This document shows, piece by piece, positions 9,415 through 18,627 of a stretch of DNA of 57,695 bases (position 1 is the stretch's first letter; every line of letters starts with the position of its first letter). The notes beneath the pieces are model-generated. The model was not told the DNA's origin, ran no database searches, and saw nothing but the letters and a program-made list of their open reading frames with translations. The position numbers and the translations under genes were made by a program. This DNA is from a virus (lineage: Duplodnaviria > Caudoviricetes), in IMG/VR virus record IMGVR_UViG_3300027903_000007, positions 1 through 57,695 of that record, one strand, 5' to 3'.

Positions 9415-9921
9415 TCACGGCCATCGACCTAATTTACGATCAAGTGCCAAGCCTTTAATGCTTCTATTATGTAAAGTTGAATGATTAATACCAAGCTCGC
9501 GAGACCATTCAGCTAATGTTTGAGTTCTCCCCTTGAAAGTTATTCTTACATTATTCCTCCTGTTGTTTTCTTGTTGTACCCGAGTAGCCCACCGGCAATT
9601 AGTCTTATAATAGCCTTTGTTATTATTCTTTCTGTCTAAGGAAGTGCCAATTGGGCTTGGCCCCATATCTTTATAAAAGATTTCAAAAACTGACCACTGC
9701 GCACAAACTTTAATTCCACGTGCACCATAATTTATGTAACCGCTACACTTTGGATTATAACAGCGTCTGTGCATGGCATACCAAGCCATATATTCTCGTC
9801 TTGAACCAGTTGGATAACGTTTGTTCCAAGGAACACACCCCTTTTTCCTTCCAACCTTATGTTTCGTCTTCTTCACCGTCTCTACCCCCTTTAGGGAGAT
9901 TGGACCAGTAGTTAGCACCAT
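9415..9921 (-). CDS. HNH-type homing endonuclease
   Basis: 'RRCYNP..YGARGIKVC..FYKDMG..SLDRKNNNKGY..NCRWAT..QENN'; the true start may lie downstream of 9921. Confidence 0.8.
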   Translation of the reverse strand: MVLTTGPISLKGVETVKKTKHKVGRKKGCVPWNKRYPTGSRREYMAWYAMHRRCYNPKCSGYINYGARGIKVCAQWSVFEIFYKDMGPSPIGTSLDRKNNNKGYYKTNCRWATRVQQENNRRNNVRITFKGRTQTLAEWSRELGINHSTLHNRSIKGLALDRKLGRWP

Positions 9922-11287
9922 TCATTAACACACTGTCAACCACAAATGTTCCCATCGCGTAATTTTGTGAGACAATCAAGGTGATTTTGTCTTCATCATT
10001 TCGGCCCCCTGCTACATGGAGACGTGCCAAACCCATTTTATGCTCGGCTACCGTCTGATTATAGGTGATGATGACATCGGCGTGGGCAATTTTGCTCCAT
10101 GCCTCGGCCACATGGTCAGAACCTACATTTTTAGCTTTTTCAGAGAGGCGATTGCCTTGACTGACAACCGCCCCTGCCATATTGCGGGATACCAAGATAC
10201 CTCGGATATCTTTATAGATTTCATCTATGGACAAACGGTAGTTGTTTTTGTCCACATTCATAAGATCAGGATAATCAACAATAAGTAAATCAGGAATAAA
10301 ACGTTCATTAGACTCCAAATTATCCAGATAGGCTTCAAGTTTCCGAACAGTGAGATTACCAGTTGGGAACTGCTTGATAATAACATTATCGAGTAGACGA
10401 GGACCAAATTTGTCAATTTTCTTTTCCAGTCTTTTTCTTATATTCGGGTCATTCATAAATAGTTTGGGTTTTATCTCGATCTCATCTAACCCCACTAACC
10501 GACCTAGCTGGTCGCGTTCGAATTTAGTGACTATTTGCTTTTCGTTACGTTTAGACATGGCGAACAGCGCTTGCATGTAACGCTGTGCTGACCTATCCTC
10601 GGACATCTCGAGCGTGATATGCACGACCCGTAACCTGTGCAAGATGGCCATTTTGGCCAGTTGGATAAGCATCCATGTCTTACCACGCTTTGCAGCTGCA
10701 ATGTACAACCACAGTTCTTTACGGGTGGGGCCGAACCCTCGTTTGTCCAACTCAGGTATGCCTGTGGGAAAACAGTGGGTACCTTGGTCTAAGAAATCCA
10801 ATACCCGATCTCGATTTGATAGTCGGAGGCCGGGGTCAAACACAGATGCCACTTGATGGCGTGATGCACTAATTAGCTTTTCAGCTTCTTCAAGCGAATC
10901 ATCAGTATCGCGTTGCAGTGCTTTAGCCAGATCAACAGCTATGGTACGCAATGATTGTCGCTTGATGAAATTTTCTAACTGCCCCATGACATATGGGGCA
11001 TTAATGCTTTCAGATTGACTGTGAATACTTAGAAGTATGTCTTCATAAAGGCTGGCTTCACGAGGGTTCTTTTTGTTTTCAAGCTTGTCGGCCATCAGAT
11101 CAGCAATGTGATCCTTGGGAGCTTTCTTATAACGATCTACGTACTCATAGATACGCGGGGCAATGACCTTGAACGGTCCTCCCCAAAATTCAAGTTCAAT
11201 TAGGTTGCGTATAGTGGCGCAGTTAAGATCATCATAACAAAGGATTGTTATGAAGTTTTCTTGCAACGCCGAAAGAGAAACAGTCAT
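9857..11287 (-). CDS. DnaB-like replicative helicase
   Basis: 'PTGIPELD', 'AAKRGKT', 'HITLEMS', 'IVDYPD', 'VSQGNR'. Confidence 0.88.
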   Translation of the reverse strand: MTVSLSALQENFITILCYDDLNCATIRNLIELEFWGGPFKVIAPRIYEYVDRYKKAPKDHIADLMADKLENKKNPREASLYEDILLSIHSQSESINAPYVMGQLENFIKRQSLRTIAVDLAKALQRDTDDSLEEAEKLISASRHQVASVFDPGLRLSNRDRVLDFLDQGTHCFPTGIPELDKRGFGPTRKELWLYIAAAKRGKTWMLIQLAKMAILHRLRVVHITLEMSEDRSAQRYMQALFAMSKRNEKQIVTKFERDQLGRLVGLDEIEIKPKLFMNDPNIRKRLEKKIDKFGPRLLDNVIIKQFPTGNLTVRKLEAYLDNLESNERFIPDLLIVDYPDLMNVDKNNYRLSIDEIYKDIRGILVSRNMAGAVVSQGNRLSEKAKNVGSDHVAEAWSKIAHADVIITYNQTVAEHKMGLARLHVAGGRNDEDKITLIVSQNYAMGTFVVDSVLMNGANYWSNLPKGGRDGEEDET

Positions 11288-11569
11288 TTATTTCCGATTG
11301 ACCAAAGCATCAAATGCAGCTTGTCCATCAGCACTGGCTGCCCATTCATCAGACTCTTCTGATGTAGCATCAAACTCACCATTAATCACTCGCTGCCGCA
11401 AAGCCAATGCGGCGGGTGTTCCGGCTACAAAAAGATCAGCTGCCAATCGCATTTCAGGGAAAGCAAGAGGGGATAGAAAGTCATGGTAATAGCCGGTTGC
11501 AGCCTTGACTGCCATCTCAGACAAATCAGCCTTACGCAGTTCATTTGCTAGGATATCTGTGGTATGCAT
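11288..11569 (-). CDS. Hypothetical protein
   Basis: ORF abuts the helicase start; start at MHTTD assumed. Confidence 0.55.
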   Translation of the reverse strand: MHTTDILANELRKADLSEMAVKAATGYYHDFLSPLAFPEMRLAADLFVAGTPAALALRQRVINGEFDATSEESDEWAASADGQAAFDALVNRK

Positions 11570-11660
11570 AAGATGCTCTTTCTGATGGCTAGCCACCAAT
11601 CATATCCAAATGGCAGAATGCCAAAGAGGATAATTCCTGTAAGTGTAGTGCTTAAGATCA

Positions 11661-12167
11661 TTATATACTCTTTTTCTTAAACATTTTAAGAATCATATGT
11701 CCCATGTTTGACTTCAGATAATCAGGGAAAGCATTGTCTACTATTTCATATATACGGGGCAGGTTATAGATCAATGCTCCAACGGATGGGGTGGCCCCTC
11801 GCTCCTTCAAATCATAAGCTATCAAACCAAATATCATTCTAAGAAAGCCTGTCTGGGTAATTTTGTTGCTATCCCATCCCTTGAAATACTTATTAAAGAA
11901 AATGATCAAACTGGGGAAGTTAGCTTCATAATGCTTGACAAGGGCTGGGGGTAGGCTGGAATAGGGCATGGGGCGGCTTATAGCGGCTGTCAGCGCTTCA
12001 AAAATGGTTTCAGGGGCCGTAGTAGCCCCATTTGAAACGTTGCTCACACGGCCCCCCAGCAAGGATATGGTTATAGCCTTAACTGCCTCCAAATCGGCAC
12101 GGTTCAGGTTTGGTAGTGCGGCAAGGATTTCATCCTTATAGATGTTGGTTGTATCTAACTTGGGCAT
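11661..12167 (-). CDS. Hypothetical protein
   Basis: Start MPKLD (about 12167) is more plausible than the TTG in the track, which runs deep into the HNH gene. Confidence 0.6.
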   Translation of the reverse strand: MPKLDTTNIYKDEILAALPNLNRADLEAVKAITISLLGGRVSNVSNGATTAPETIFEALTAAISRPMPYSSLPPALVKHYEANFPSLIIFFNKYFKGWDSNKITQTGFLRMIFGLIAYDLKERGATPSVGALIYNLPRIYEIVDNAFPDYLKSNMGHMILKMFKKKSI

Positions 12168-12516
12168 TGGTAGTCTTTCTTTTGAACTCCCTGTAGTAGG
12201 TTCTATAGGCATCAACACAAAGCTGACATCTACAGTTCTGACGTCGATAATATTGAGGAGTCCCATGAACCGAAGCATGAACTTCTTTATGATGTTCAAT
12301 ACAACGAAGTTCACATTTACTAAGCTCGTCAAAAACATTCTTAGAGGAGTAGCGCTTTCCTATTGTAAAAGACTTCGATTTTGAATCTTTATGATGAAAT
12401 TGAAGTCTTTCGACGGAGCCACAAACAACACACTTCCCACCAAGCAATGCCATGAATTGCGTTTTGCGACGATAATAGTGACGTAATTGAGGGCTTTGTT
12501 CTTTCATCGTCGTCAT
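12136..12516 (-). CDS. HNH endonuclease
   Basis: 'GGKCVVCG..LQFHH..KCELRCIEHH..H' plus a 'CRCQLC' tail. Confidence 0.75.
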   Translation of the reverse strand: MTTMKEQSPQLRHYYRRKTQFMALLGGKCVVCGSVERLQFHHKDSKSKSFTIGKRYSSKNVFDELSKCELRCIEHHKEVHASVHGTPQYYRRQNCRCQLCVDAYRTYYREFKRKTTNAQVRYNQHL

Positions 12517-12527
12517 AACCAGCTTGG

Positions 12528-12791
12528 CTATGGAGCCTCAATATCATTCAGATTCTGTCTTAACAGATCAACCGTGCGCCACTCTAGTATCTTGAGGCGG
12601 GCACGATGCAATCGCGTCTTGACAGTACCTGTTGGGATATTTAACAGTTTGGCAACTTCACCATAGGTTTGGTCAGGATGATCTCTGACATAGAGTAAAA
12701 CTTCGTACTGTTTAGGAGAGCGGTATTTCAGGACCGTCAGATAAGGGGAGTCAGTTCCTTTCAGCACAAAGTATTTTTTGTTTCTATTCAT
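12528..12791 (-). CDS. Stand-alone sigma70 region 4 HTH protein
   Basis: 'TYGEVAKLLNIPTGTVKTRLHRAR'. Confidence 0.75.
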   Translation of the reverse strand: MNRNKKYFVLKGTDSPYLTVLKYRSPKQYEVLLYVRDHPDQTYGEVAKLLNIPTGTVKTRLHRARLKILEWRTVDLLRQNLNDIEAP

Positions 12792-13057
12792 GTTTCCCTC
12801 AAGTAGACTTCATCGATTAATTTCAAGTACTCGGCAATAGGTATCCACTTGGTGGGGACGGCAAAGCCGGGTAGCCACCATCCTTCCATGGAATCAAGAT
12901 CAGGTACCAAGATAGACCATCCATCCCTGCTTCTGGCTATTCGGGCTACAATTCCTGGAAGTGTGGCATCTAGGGTAGCCCCCTGACTTCCATCCGCGGC
13001 GGCAATACCGCCAACAGCAAACAGGGGAAACATGGCACGTCGACTAAGCTTAGTCAT
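12788..13057 (-). CDS. Hypothetical protein with a Tat-like N-terminus
   Basis: 'SRRAMF' followed by a hydrophobic stretch and AAA. Confidence 0.5.
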   Translation of the reverse strand: MTKLSRRAMFPLFAVGGIAAADGSQGATLDATLPGIVARIARSRDGWSILVPDLDSMEGWWLPGFAVPTKWIPIAEYLKLIDEVYLRET

Positions 13058-13322
13058 CAGGGCAGCCTTTCAGGTTTTTGAGGACGACTTGGTGCATAAT
13101 TTGGCGTACAAACTTGATCATGAGAGGCAATCTTAGGACTTTCTCAAATTTGAGCAGATGATGCAGGTAGATACGCTGTCTACCTGTTTCCATGGTAGCT
13201 AGATAGGCTCTGCTGATTCCTACCTTTTTAGCCAACTGGGCTTGTGTCATGCCCAGTTCTTCCCTTCGAGCAACGATTAATTTGCTCATCTTGATATAGA
13301 TCGGTTCTACTTGACGACTCAT
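13050..13322 (-). CDS. XRE-family HTH regulator
   Basis: 'RREELGMTQAQLAKKVGISRAYLATMETG'. Confidence 0.85.
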   Translation of the reverse strand: MSRQVEPIYIKMSKLIVARREELGMTQAQLAKKVGISRAYLATMETGRQRIYLHHLLKFEKVLRLPLMIKFVRQIMHQVVLKNLKGCPDD

Positions 13323-13833
13323 CTGAGCCCTTTTCTGATTTGATGGATTTTGAGCATTGTCTCCCTGTGTGGCCCTGCCAATGCTTTAAGCAGGTCTTTA
13401 AGTTCATCCGTCAGTGGAATAAACTTCCAATGGCCCAAATCACGGTAACTTACCCCAATAGCTCTAGCCAAGAGGTAAGCTGGATGCTCATATCCAGTTT
13501 CTTGGCTTCCGGGGGGTTTAGGCAGGCCAAAGGTATTTCGTGCTGGCTCCCAGTATTGGCGAAATTCATCGTGGGTCATACTTTCCTCTTACGTTTGATT
13601 TGATAAATCTTGAGCATGGTCTCTCTGTGAGGGCCAGTAATGCCTAGAAGTATGATCTTTAACTCAGGGGTAAGATGGATAAGCTTCCAGTCCCCTGCAT
13701 TGAGATAGTTGATCCCTAGCTTTTTACCTAACTTCATAGAGTGATCGAATCCATGCACGTCATCATCTTCACCCCTACTTGCAAGTGCTATCCTTGCTGG
13801 AAGCCAATATTGAGTAAATTCATCGTCTGTCAT
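13319..13833 (-). CDS. Two tandem 'GPH' family paralogs (13319-13579, 13576-13833)
   Basis: Both start MTxDEFxQYW and end GPHRETMLKIxQI. Confidence 0.75.
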
Positions 13834-14468
13834 CTATGGAAGCTTCCTTTCAGCAGACAGTACAAGCTATAGTCGAGATCATTGTCTAATCCTGAAGGTG
13901 GTGAATGGGCATAGCTTTGCCTACGACAAGACAAAGCTAGTTCTGAAGTATGGAGCCAGAACACAGACAGTTTCAAGATAACCTACTTCCATAGAAGTAG
14001 GACAAGTAAGCCGGGATTGTGCTGTCGGCTTTTCTATCTTGATCATTCAATGCGGGAAAATCATACTTCCACCAAACTGTTAATGGAAGTAACTTCCTGA
14101 AGGTGTGCAGCGGTGCAGAGCCTTCTCCTGATCACGCCTCACGGCGGGACCTTAAGGTAGAAGTGGATGCCCTTCCACAGATTCACCCACGGTCTTGATC
14201 CCATGGAGTCGGCCCAAACGGAGGGCTGGCTATGGCCAGCTAACTTTGTTACCGAAGTGATCTGGACTCGGGGGCGGAGGTTGGGTTATTTAGACCCTAG
14301 CTGCCGCGAGCAGCGAATCTCAGATACTTGGTAGAAGCAAGTTTTCTGACGAAGCCGTTCAGCTTGTAACTGGGCGGCTTCACACTTCGTAGCCCTCTTC
14401 ATTATTCTTGTCAAATTGGGTTATTTGATCTGAACGCAACCCTAAAGCTTCCTTGCTTTGTTTAAGGC

Positions 14469-14498
14469 AAAAAAAACCGAGGGCGGTTAAGCCCTCGG
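14469..14498 (-). terminator. Rho-independent terminator
   Basis: CCGAGGGC-TTAACC-GCCCTCGG followed by T8. Confidence 0.85.
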
Positions 14499-14518
14499 CT
14501 CTCTTAGTTGCTGCTGGT

Positions 14519-14860
14519 TTAAACAGTGATCCTCTCGTCACTTGGCTCGTCGATGTCACTCTCATTGTTGAACAGGGCCTGCAGGAACGCGTCATCATTC
14601 AGGCTGTTCTTGTCGACTTCGCCGGTATCAGCTGCCTTTAACACTTTGGCCGCATTGGCGCTGCTGACGTCGTCGTCCATGGCCGCCAGTGAATCCACGC
14701 AGTCATCAATGGCTGACTTTTCCTCGTCCGAGATCAGCTTGGCCTTGTGAAGTTCTGCCACTGTGCGGTGCTTGGTCTTGTCATAGCCGTTCTCTGCCGT
14801 CAGCTTGAACGAAAGATGGGGCATATGGCGGTCAATCACCCTTTTCAGAAGCTTTGACAT
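14519..14860 (-). CDS. Acidic hypothetical protein
   Basis: AACAGGAAGAG SD upstream, terminator downstream. Confidence 0.65.
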   Translation of the reverse strand: MSKLLKRVIDRHMPHLSFKLTAENGYDKTKHRTVAELHKAKLISDEEKSAIDDCVDSLAAMDDDVSSANAAKVLKAADTGEVDKNSLNDDAFLQALFNNESDIDEPSDERITV

Positions 14861-14949
14861 GTGGTTCTCTTCCTGTTTTAGAGCTCCTCAGTTTGATCAA
14901 AAGTGAGCGCTCAAACCCACTTTTGCATATGGCGGGTGCCGCCATATTT

Positions 14950-15339
14950 CTATTGGCCATTAGGCCAAAACTTGAACCTATCAGCCTGCCCTAGCTGTAT
15001 GAGCCTAACATGGGCAACGGTAGCGCCATGTGGCCCAGCCAATGCCCTAAGCATGCTTTGCCTAGCTGCATCACGGGGCCTGCTACCGCGCTTAATAGCC
15101 ACATAAACAGCGCTGGCGGCATTGCTACGGCCTTGGTCATTATAAGTGTTATATCCCAAGCAGATTCTGAGAGCCGTAGCTGGGCCGCGCCTATAGCCGG
15201 GCCGGACCCACATTATAGTAACCATATCGGCGCGAATTGTTTTGTGTGTTTTTCTTTCGATAATAGCCATGGCTGGCATATTGAGCATCGCAGCTCTCCA
15301 GAGCGCGCGCCAATATTTTGGCTCGTGGGTCATTCTCAT
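14950..15339 (-). CDS. Basic hypothetical protein
   Basis: 129 aa ORF with an AGGAAA SD. Confidence 0.5.
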   Translation of the reverse strand: MRMTHEPKYWRALWRAAMLNMPAMAIIERKTHKTIRADMVTIMWVRPGYRRGPATALRICLGYNTYNDQGRSNAASAVYVAIKRGSRPRDAARQSMLRALAGPHGATVAHVRLIQLGQADRFKFWPNGQ

Positions 15340-15350
15340 GAAAATTTCCT

Positions 15351-15418
15351 AAAAGAGGAAGGGTCTGCGGACCGGGAAAACAGGAGGAGAATCCTAAAAA
15401 CCCGATCCGCACCCTTGC
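15351..15418 (-). ncRNA. Candidate anti-Shine-Dalgarno sRNA hairpin
   Basis: Stem AAGGGTGCGGATCGGG / CCCGGTCCGCAGACCCTT encloses TTCTCCTCCTGTTTT and is followed by CCTCTTTT. Confidence 0.5.
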
Positions 15419-15507
15419 TAAGTCAGTCCTAGAGGATACTGACCGCAAACTGCATGGTGGTCACTCATTCAAAGCTTAGAGCAAAACAAATTTCGCTTCA
15501 ACACTCT

Positions 15508-15941
15508 TCATGGCACTGTTTTGACAAAAGCTGATTGTTCCCCTACCACGGCATAAATCAGGTATTTGCCGCCACCAATAGTTTGTTTGGTCTTTGCTGA
15601 AGCTTCAGCCGCTACAAGCGTTGGCGCTTCATCCCTTGCATAGTGACCAACACCATCTTTTTTGACTACGGTAAAGTAGTCGGCATTTTCAGTGAACCAT
15701 GCATCACGTTCTTGATACGTTTGGAAATCAGGTAGCAGTTTGGGTTTCATGGTTGAACCTTTTGACATCCAGGTTGGTCGTTTTCGTCAAAGACAAATTC
15801 ATGTACTGCGTAAGGTGGCCCGTTCATCCAGCCTTCTAAAAATTGGATAGCGATGATGGTGCGGGTTCCAATATCAGTGACACGCCAAATATGATTGTCA
15901 CAGATAAAATCTGTACCGATTACAAATTCTGAATGGTTCAT
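15508..15941 (-). CDS. Two small hypothetical genes (15508-15750, 15747-15941)
   Basis: ATGA-coupled ORFs starting MKPKLL and MNHSEF. Confidence 0.55.
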
Positions 15942-16296
15942 GACAGAATCCTTTTCGCAACATAGAGAACCGGCCATAGCCCAAGTATCATGGCAATCCA
16001 TGCCCAAGGGTCAGGGGAAAGGCCACTTAACATTCCCATTCCAATTAGAACCCATGAAGCAGCAAAAGATATTACTGCTACCAGATCCCATGGATGTTTT
16101 ACGTTTTTGGCCATGATAGTTCTATCTCCTCATTGGTTGGTGGTGGAACTGGTTTAAGATTGAGAAGGTAGTCTTTGACCATCCTCTCACTTACTATTTG
16201 AGAGATGGACATTTTGCCAGCTCTGTTACGTTCGACGTTGATCTCTTGAAGATCAAAGTTTATCCATTGGGGCATATTTTCTCCTGAAAATTGGAC

Positions 16297-16337
16297 AAAT
16301 AAAAAAGGCCCTCGCAGGCATCACAGCTGCGAGGGCC
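16297..16337 (-). terminator. Rho-independent terminator
   Basis: GGCCCTCGCAG-N9-CTGCGAGGGCC followed by TTTTTTATTT. Confidence 0.85.
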
Positions 16338-16379
16338 AAGTCAAGCCGGGTGGGAGGAAACGAGTTCCCGACTTGTAAC

Positions 16380-16910
16380 TTAAACTTTTGCTACTTTAAG
16401 AAAGTATCTTGTGATGGGGCGTTGGCCTTTACGTTGCTCCTTAACACGTTCGACCTTGGCACCATTTTCCTCGAGGGAGTTGAGAACGTTCAGTTGAACA
16501 CTCCCAACTACAGCCTTTACTTCTTCCAGAGATGCACCGCTCTTACGAGCGTACATGGCTACAGCTTTGGATTTGGCACTTCCTTTACGAAATCCCCAAA
16601 TATCCCGTTCTACCTTGCTTTCAGCCTTTGGCTTGGCAGCCTTTACCTTATTATGGGCTTTTGCTGCCCTTACTGTGGCTTTAGGTGCGTTTTTTGCCTT
16701 AGCTAGGGCTTTGGCAGTAGCCTTTTTCACGGGCTTACCAGTGGCCTTTACAGGGGCGTGGTCTTGACCATTATTTTTATCGCTGGCTTTGGTCCGAGCC
16801 GGGCGAGACTCAACTACGCTATCTGCTGCCATGAGCATAAACTCTGCTTTGTTATTGGCATCCCTTATTAAAAATTCAGGAATATCCAAAGGGTGTGTGA
16901 TTTTTATCAC
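16380..16910 (-). CDS. Histone-like K/A-rich protein with a DUF3489-like winged helix
   Basis: KA-rich tract, then 'WGFRKGSAKSKAVAMYARKSGASLEEV'; TTGACA just upstream; start uncertain. Confidence 0.65.
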   Translation of the reverse strand: MIKITHPLDIPEFLIRDANNKAEFMLMAADSVVESRPARTKASDKNNGQDHAPVKATGKPVKKATAKALAKAKNAPKATVRAAKAHNKVKAAKPKAESKVERDIWGFRKGSAKSKAVAMYARKSGASLEEVKAVVGSVQLNVLNSLEENGAKVERVKEQRKGQRPITRYFLKVAKV

Positions 16911-17192
16911 TTAAACTTCCTTATAAGGGCTGTCAAGTGTTGTCAGATTATTTCACAAGATATAATCTTTGCTAAGGCAGGTAGAAGGTGGACTCACCTG
17001 CCTTAATAGTTTGGTTGTCAAGTCTAATCGTGGGGCCACAATCCATTTACGAGATGATAGGTTCCTATACCTATCAGGATAAAATCGAATACCCAATAAG
17101 GCATGATCCTTATGCCAAAAAGAATCTCCCCAAAGTAGTAGGAAGGGTCTGGCAAAAGAGCTATCAAGATGCATAGTGCCCCCACGATTAGT

Positions 17193-17381
17193 TCAGCCAC
17201 TAGGCTTTCCTTTCAGGTCTTCATGACGAAGGCGTGCACCTTTGCCAAGGCTTCCGATCATTTCGGCTAGATTAGTGGTGATGTTGATGGTGATATCTTC
17301 AACCTCAATTTCAAGATAAGGTTTGCCGTCAGTACCATCGACAATTTTTATAGAGGCAACCCCGTGGATTTTAACCACCAT
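17193..17381 (-). CDS. Small hypothetical protein
   Basis: ATG 17381 (MVVKIHG) with a GGAGG SD. Confidence 0.55.
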   Translation of the reverse strand: MVVKIHGVASIKIVDGTDGKPYLEIEVEDITINITTNLAEMIGSLGKGARLRHEDLKGKPSG

Positions 17382-17661
17382 TTCCTCCGAACTTGCGCTT
17401 AACTGCTGCGCGAGCTTCAGGGGTGATGGGGATGCTGTCCAAACCCAATGCTGCGTAGGTTGCAGCAAGGGTGCAGAGCTGGGGACGTTTGACCTTTTTG
17501 GTCCACCAATTGGCGGTGGTCCCAGCAGGCACGGAGCTCTTTTTCGAAAGATCCGAGTTGGACAGGCCTTGTTCACGTTTGATGCTCCACGCCAACCCAA
17601 CAGCTGGGTCTTGATCGGTGAAGTAGTACCTCGAGTACTTGATAAAGCCACGCTTAGCCAT
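17371..17661 (-). CDS. XRE-like HTH protein
   Basis: 'LSNSDLSKKSSVPAGTTANW..PQLCTLAA..ALG'; directly follows a cassette repeat. Confidence 0.7.
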   Translation of the reverse strand: MAKRGFIKYSRYYFTDQDPAVGLAWSIKREQGLSNSDLSKKSSVPAGTTANWWTKKVKRPQLCTLAATYAALGLDSIPITPEARAAVKRKFGGNGG

Positions 17662-17739
17662 TTAATCGATTCTCCTCAATTTGAAGCATGAGCGCTTCTC
17701 ACTGCCCCTTGTAAGGGGCAGGACAGAAATGCTCTCATA

Positions 17740-18093
17740 TTATATGACAGTCCACAAGCCCCGTTCTTTCAATTTCAGAACTTTCTCGGTTTTCAAGGCT
17801 TGGGTGTAGTACCCAATTCCCCCTTCAGATCCTCCTGCTTGTTTCATCAGGGTTCGGAGTTGGCTTGTGGGAAGATCAGTTCCTTTGGTAAATTGGCGCA
17901 CCAGCTCGGTAAATTTCTCTTTGATGCCACGAGCTCCAGATGCTGGTTTGATGGTGCCTTTATCTACCACTGCATTGATCACGGGGCGTGGCACGTCCAT
18001 CTTGACAACAAGACCGGCTGAAGCCCGGAGTAGCTTGGACAGGTTCTTGCCATCAACAAATACGTTTTGAATTACGAAAAGATCGTCACTCAT
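17740..18093 (-). CDS. Hypothetical protein, possible winged helix
   Basis: ORF bounded by two repeats. Confidence 0.65.
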   Translation of the reverse strand: MSDDLFVIQNVFVDGKNLSKLLRASAGLVVKMDVPRPVINAVVDKGTIKPASGARGIKEKFTELVRQFTKGTDLPTSQLRTLMKQAGGSEGGIGYYTQALKTEKVLKLKERGLWTVI

Positions 18094-18180
18094 GCCTTTT
18101 TCTCCTATTAATGAAGCATTAGTGCTTCAAGAAGCAAGTAACTTGTGTTACGTGTTTCTTGAAATACTAAGGAAGTGAGT

Positions 18181-18627
18181 ATGAGTAGATTGAAATCTAA
18201 AAGATATCTTTTAAGTGATCATAAGGCGCATGCTAAAAGCCGTGACATTGAATTTTTCTTTACTTATGAAGAGTGGCTTGCTTGGTGGGTAGAACAATTG
18301 GGGCCTGAATGGAAAAGCTTGCGTGGCAGGAAACGTGGTCAATATGTGATGGCAAGATTTGGTGACAAAGGACCTTATTTAAAAGACAATGTTAAGTGTA
18401 TTACACATGGGCAAAATGTTAAAGATGCTGCAAATAAAGGTGGTAAGGGAGTTGGACATAAATTGAATGCTCAACAAGTGAAATTGATATTTGCTTCTAA
18501 AGAAACTCAGCGTGTATTAGCTGTGAAATATGGAGTAAGTGAACGGTTAATTCGCCTGATAAAAAATAAACAGGTTTGGTTAACCGTTCTGCAGTCTTTA
18601 CAATCAGATAACATTGGTATTACTTGA
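18181..18627 (+). CDS. Free-standing beta-beta-alpha-Me (HNH-like) endonuclease with a C-terminal HTH
   Basis: 'AKSRDIEFFFTYEEWLAWW..GQYVMARFGDKGPY..NVKCI..QN'; AT-rich; antisense to its neighbours. Confidence 0.75.
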   Translation: MSRLKSKRYLLSDHKAHAKSRDIEFFFTYEEWLAWWVEQLGPEWKSLRGRKRGQYVMARFGDKGPYLKDNVKCITHGQNVKDAANKGGKGVGHKLNAQQVKLIFASKETQRVLAVKYGVSERLIRLIKNKQVWLTVLQSLQSDNIGIT

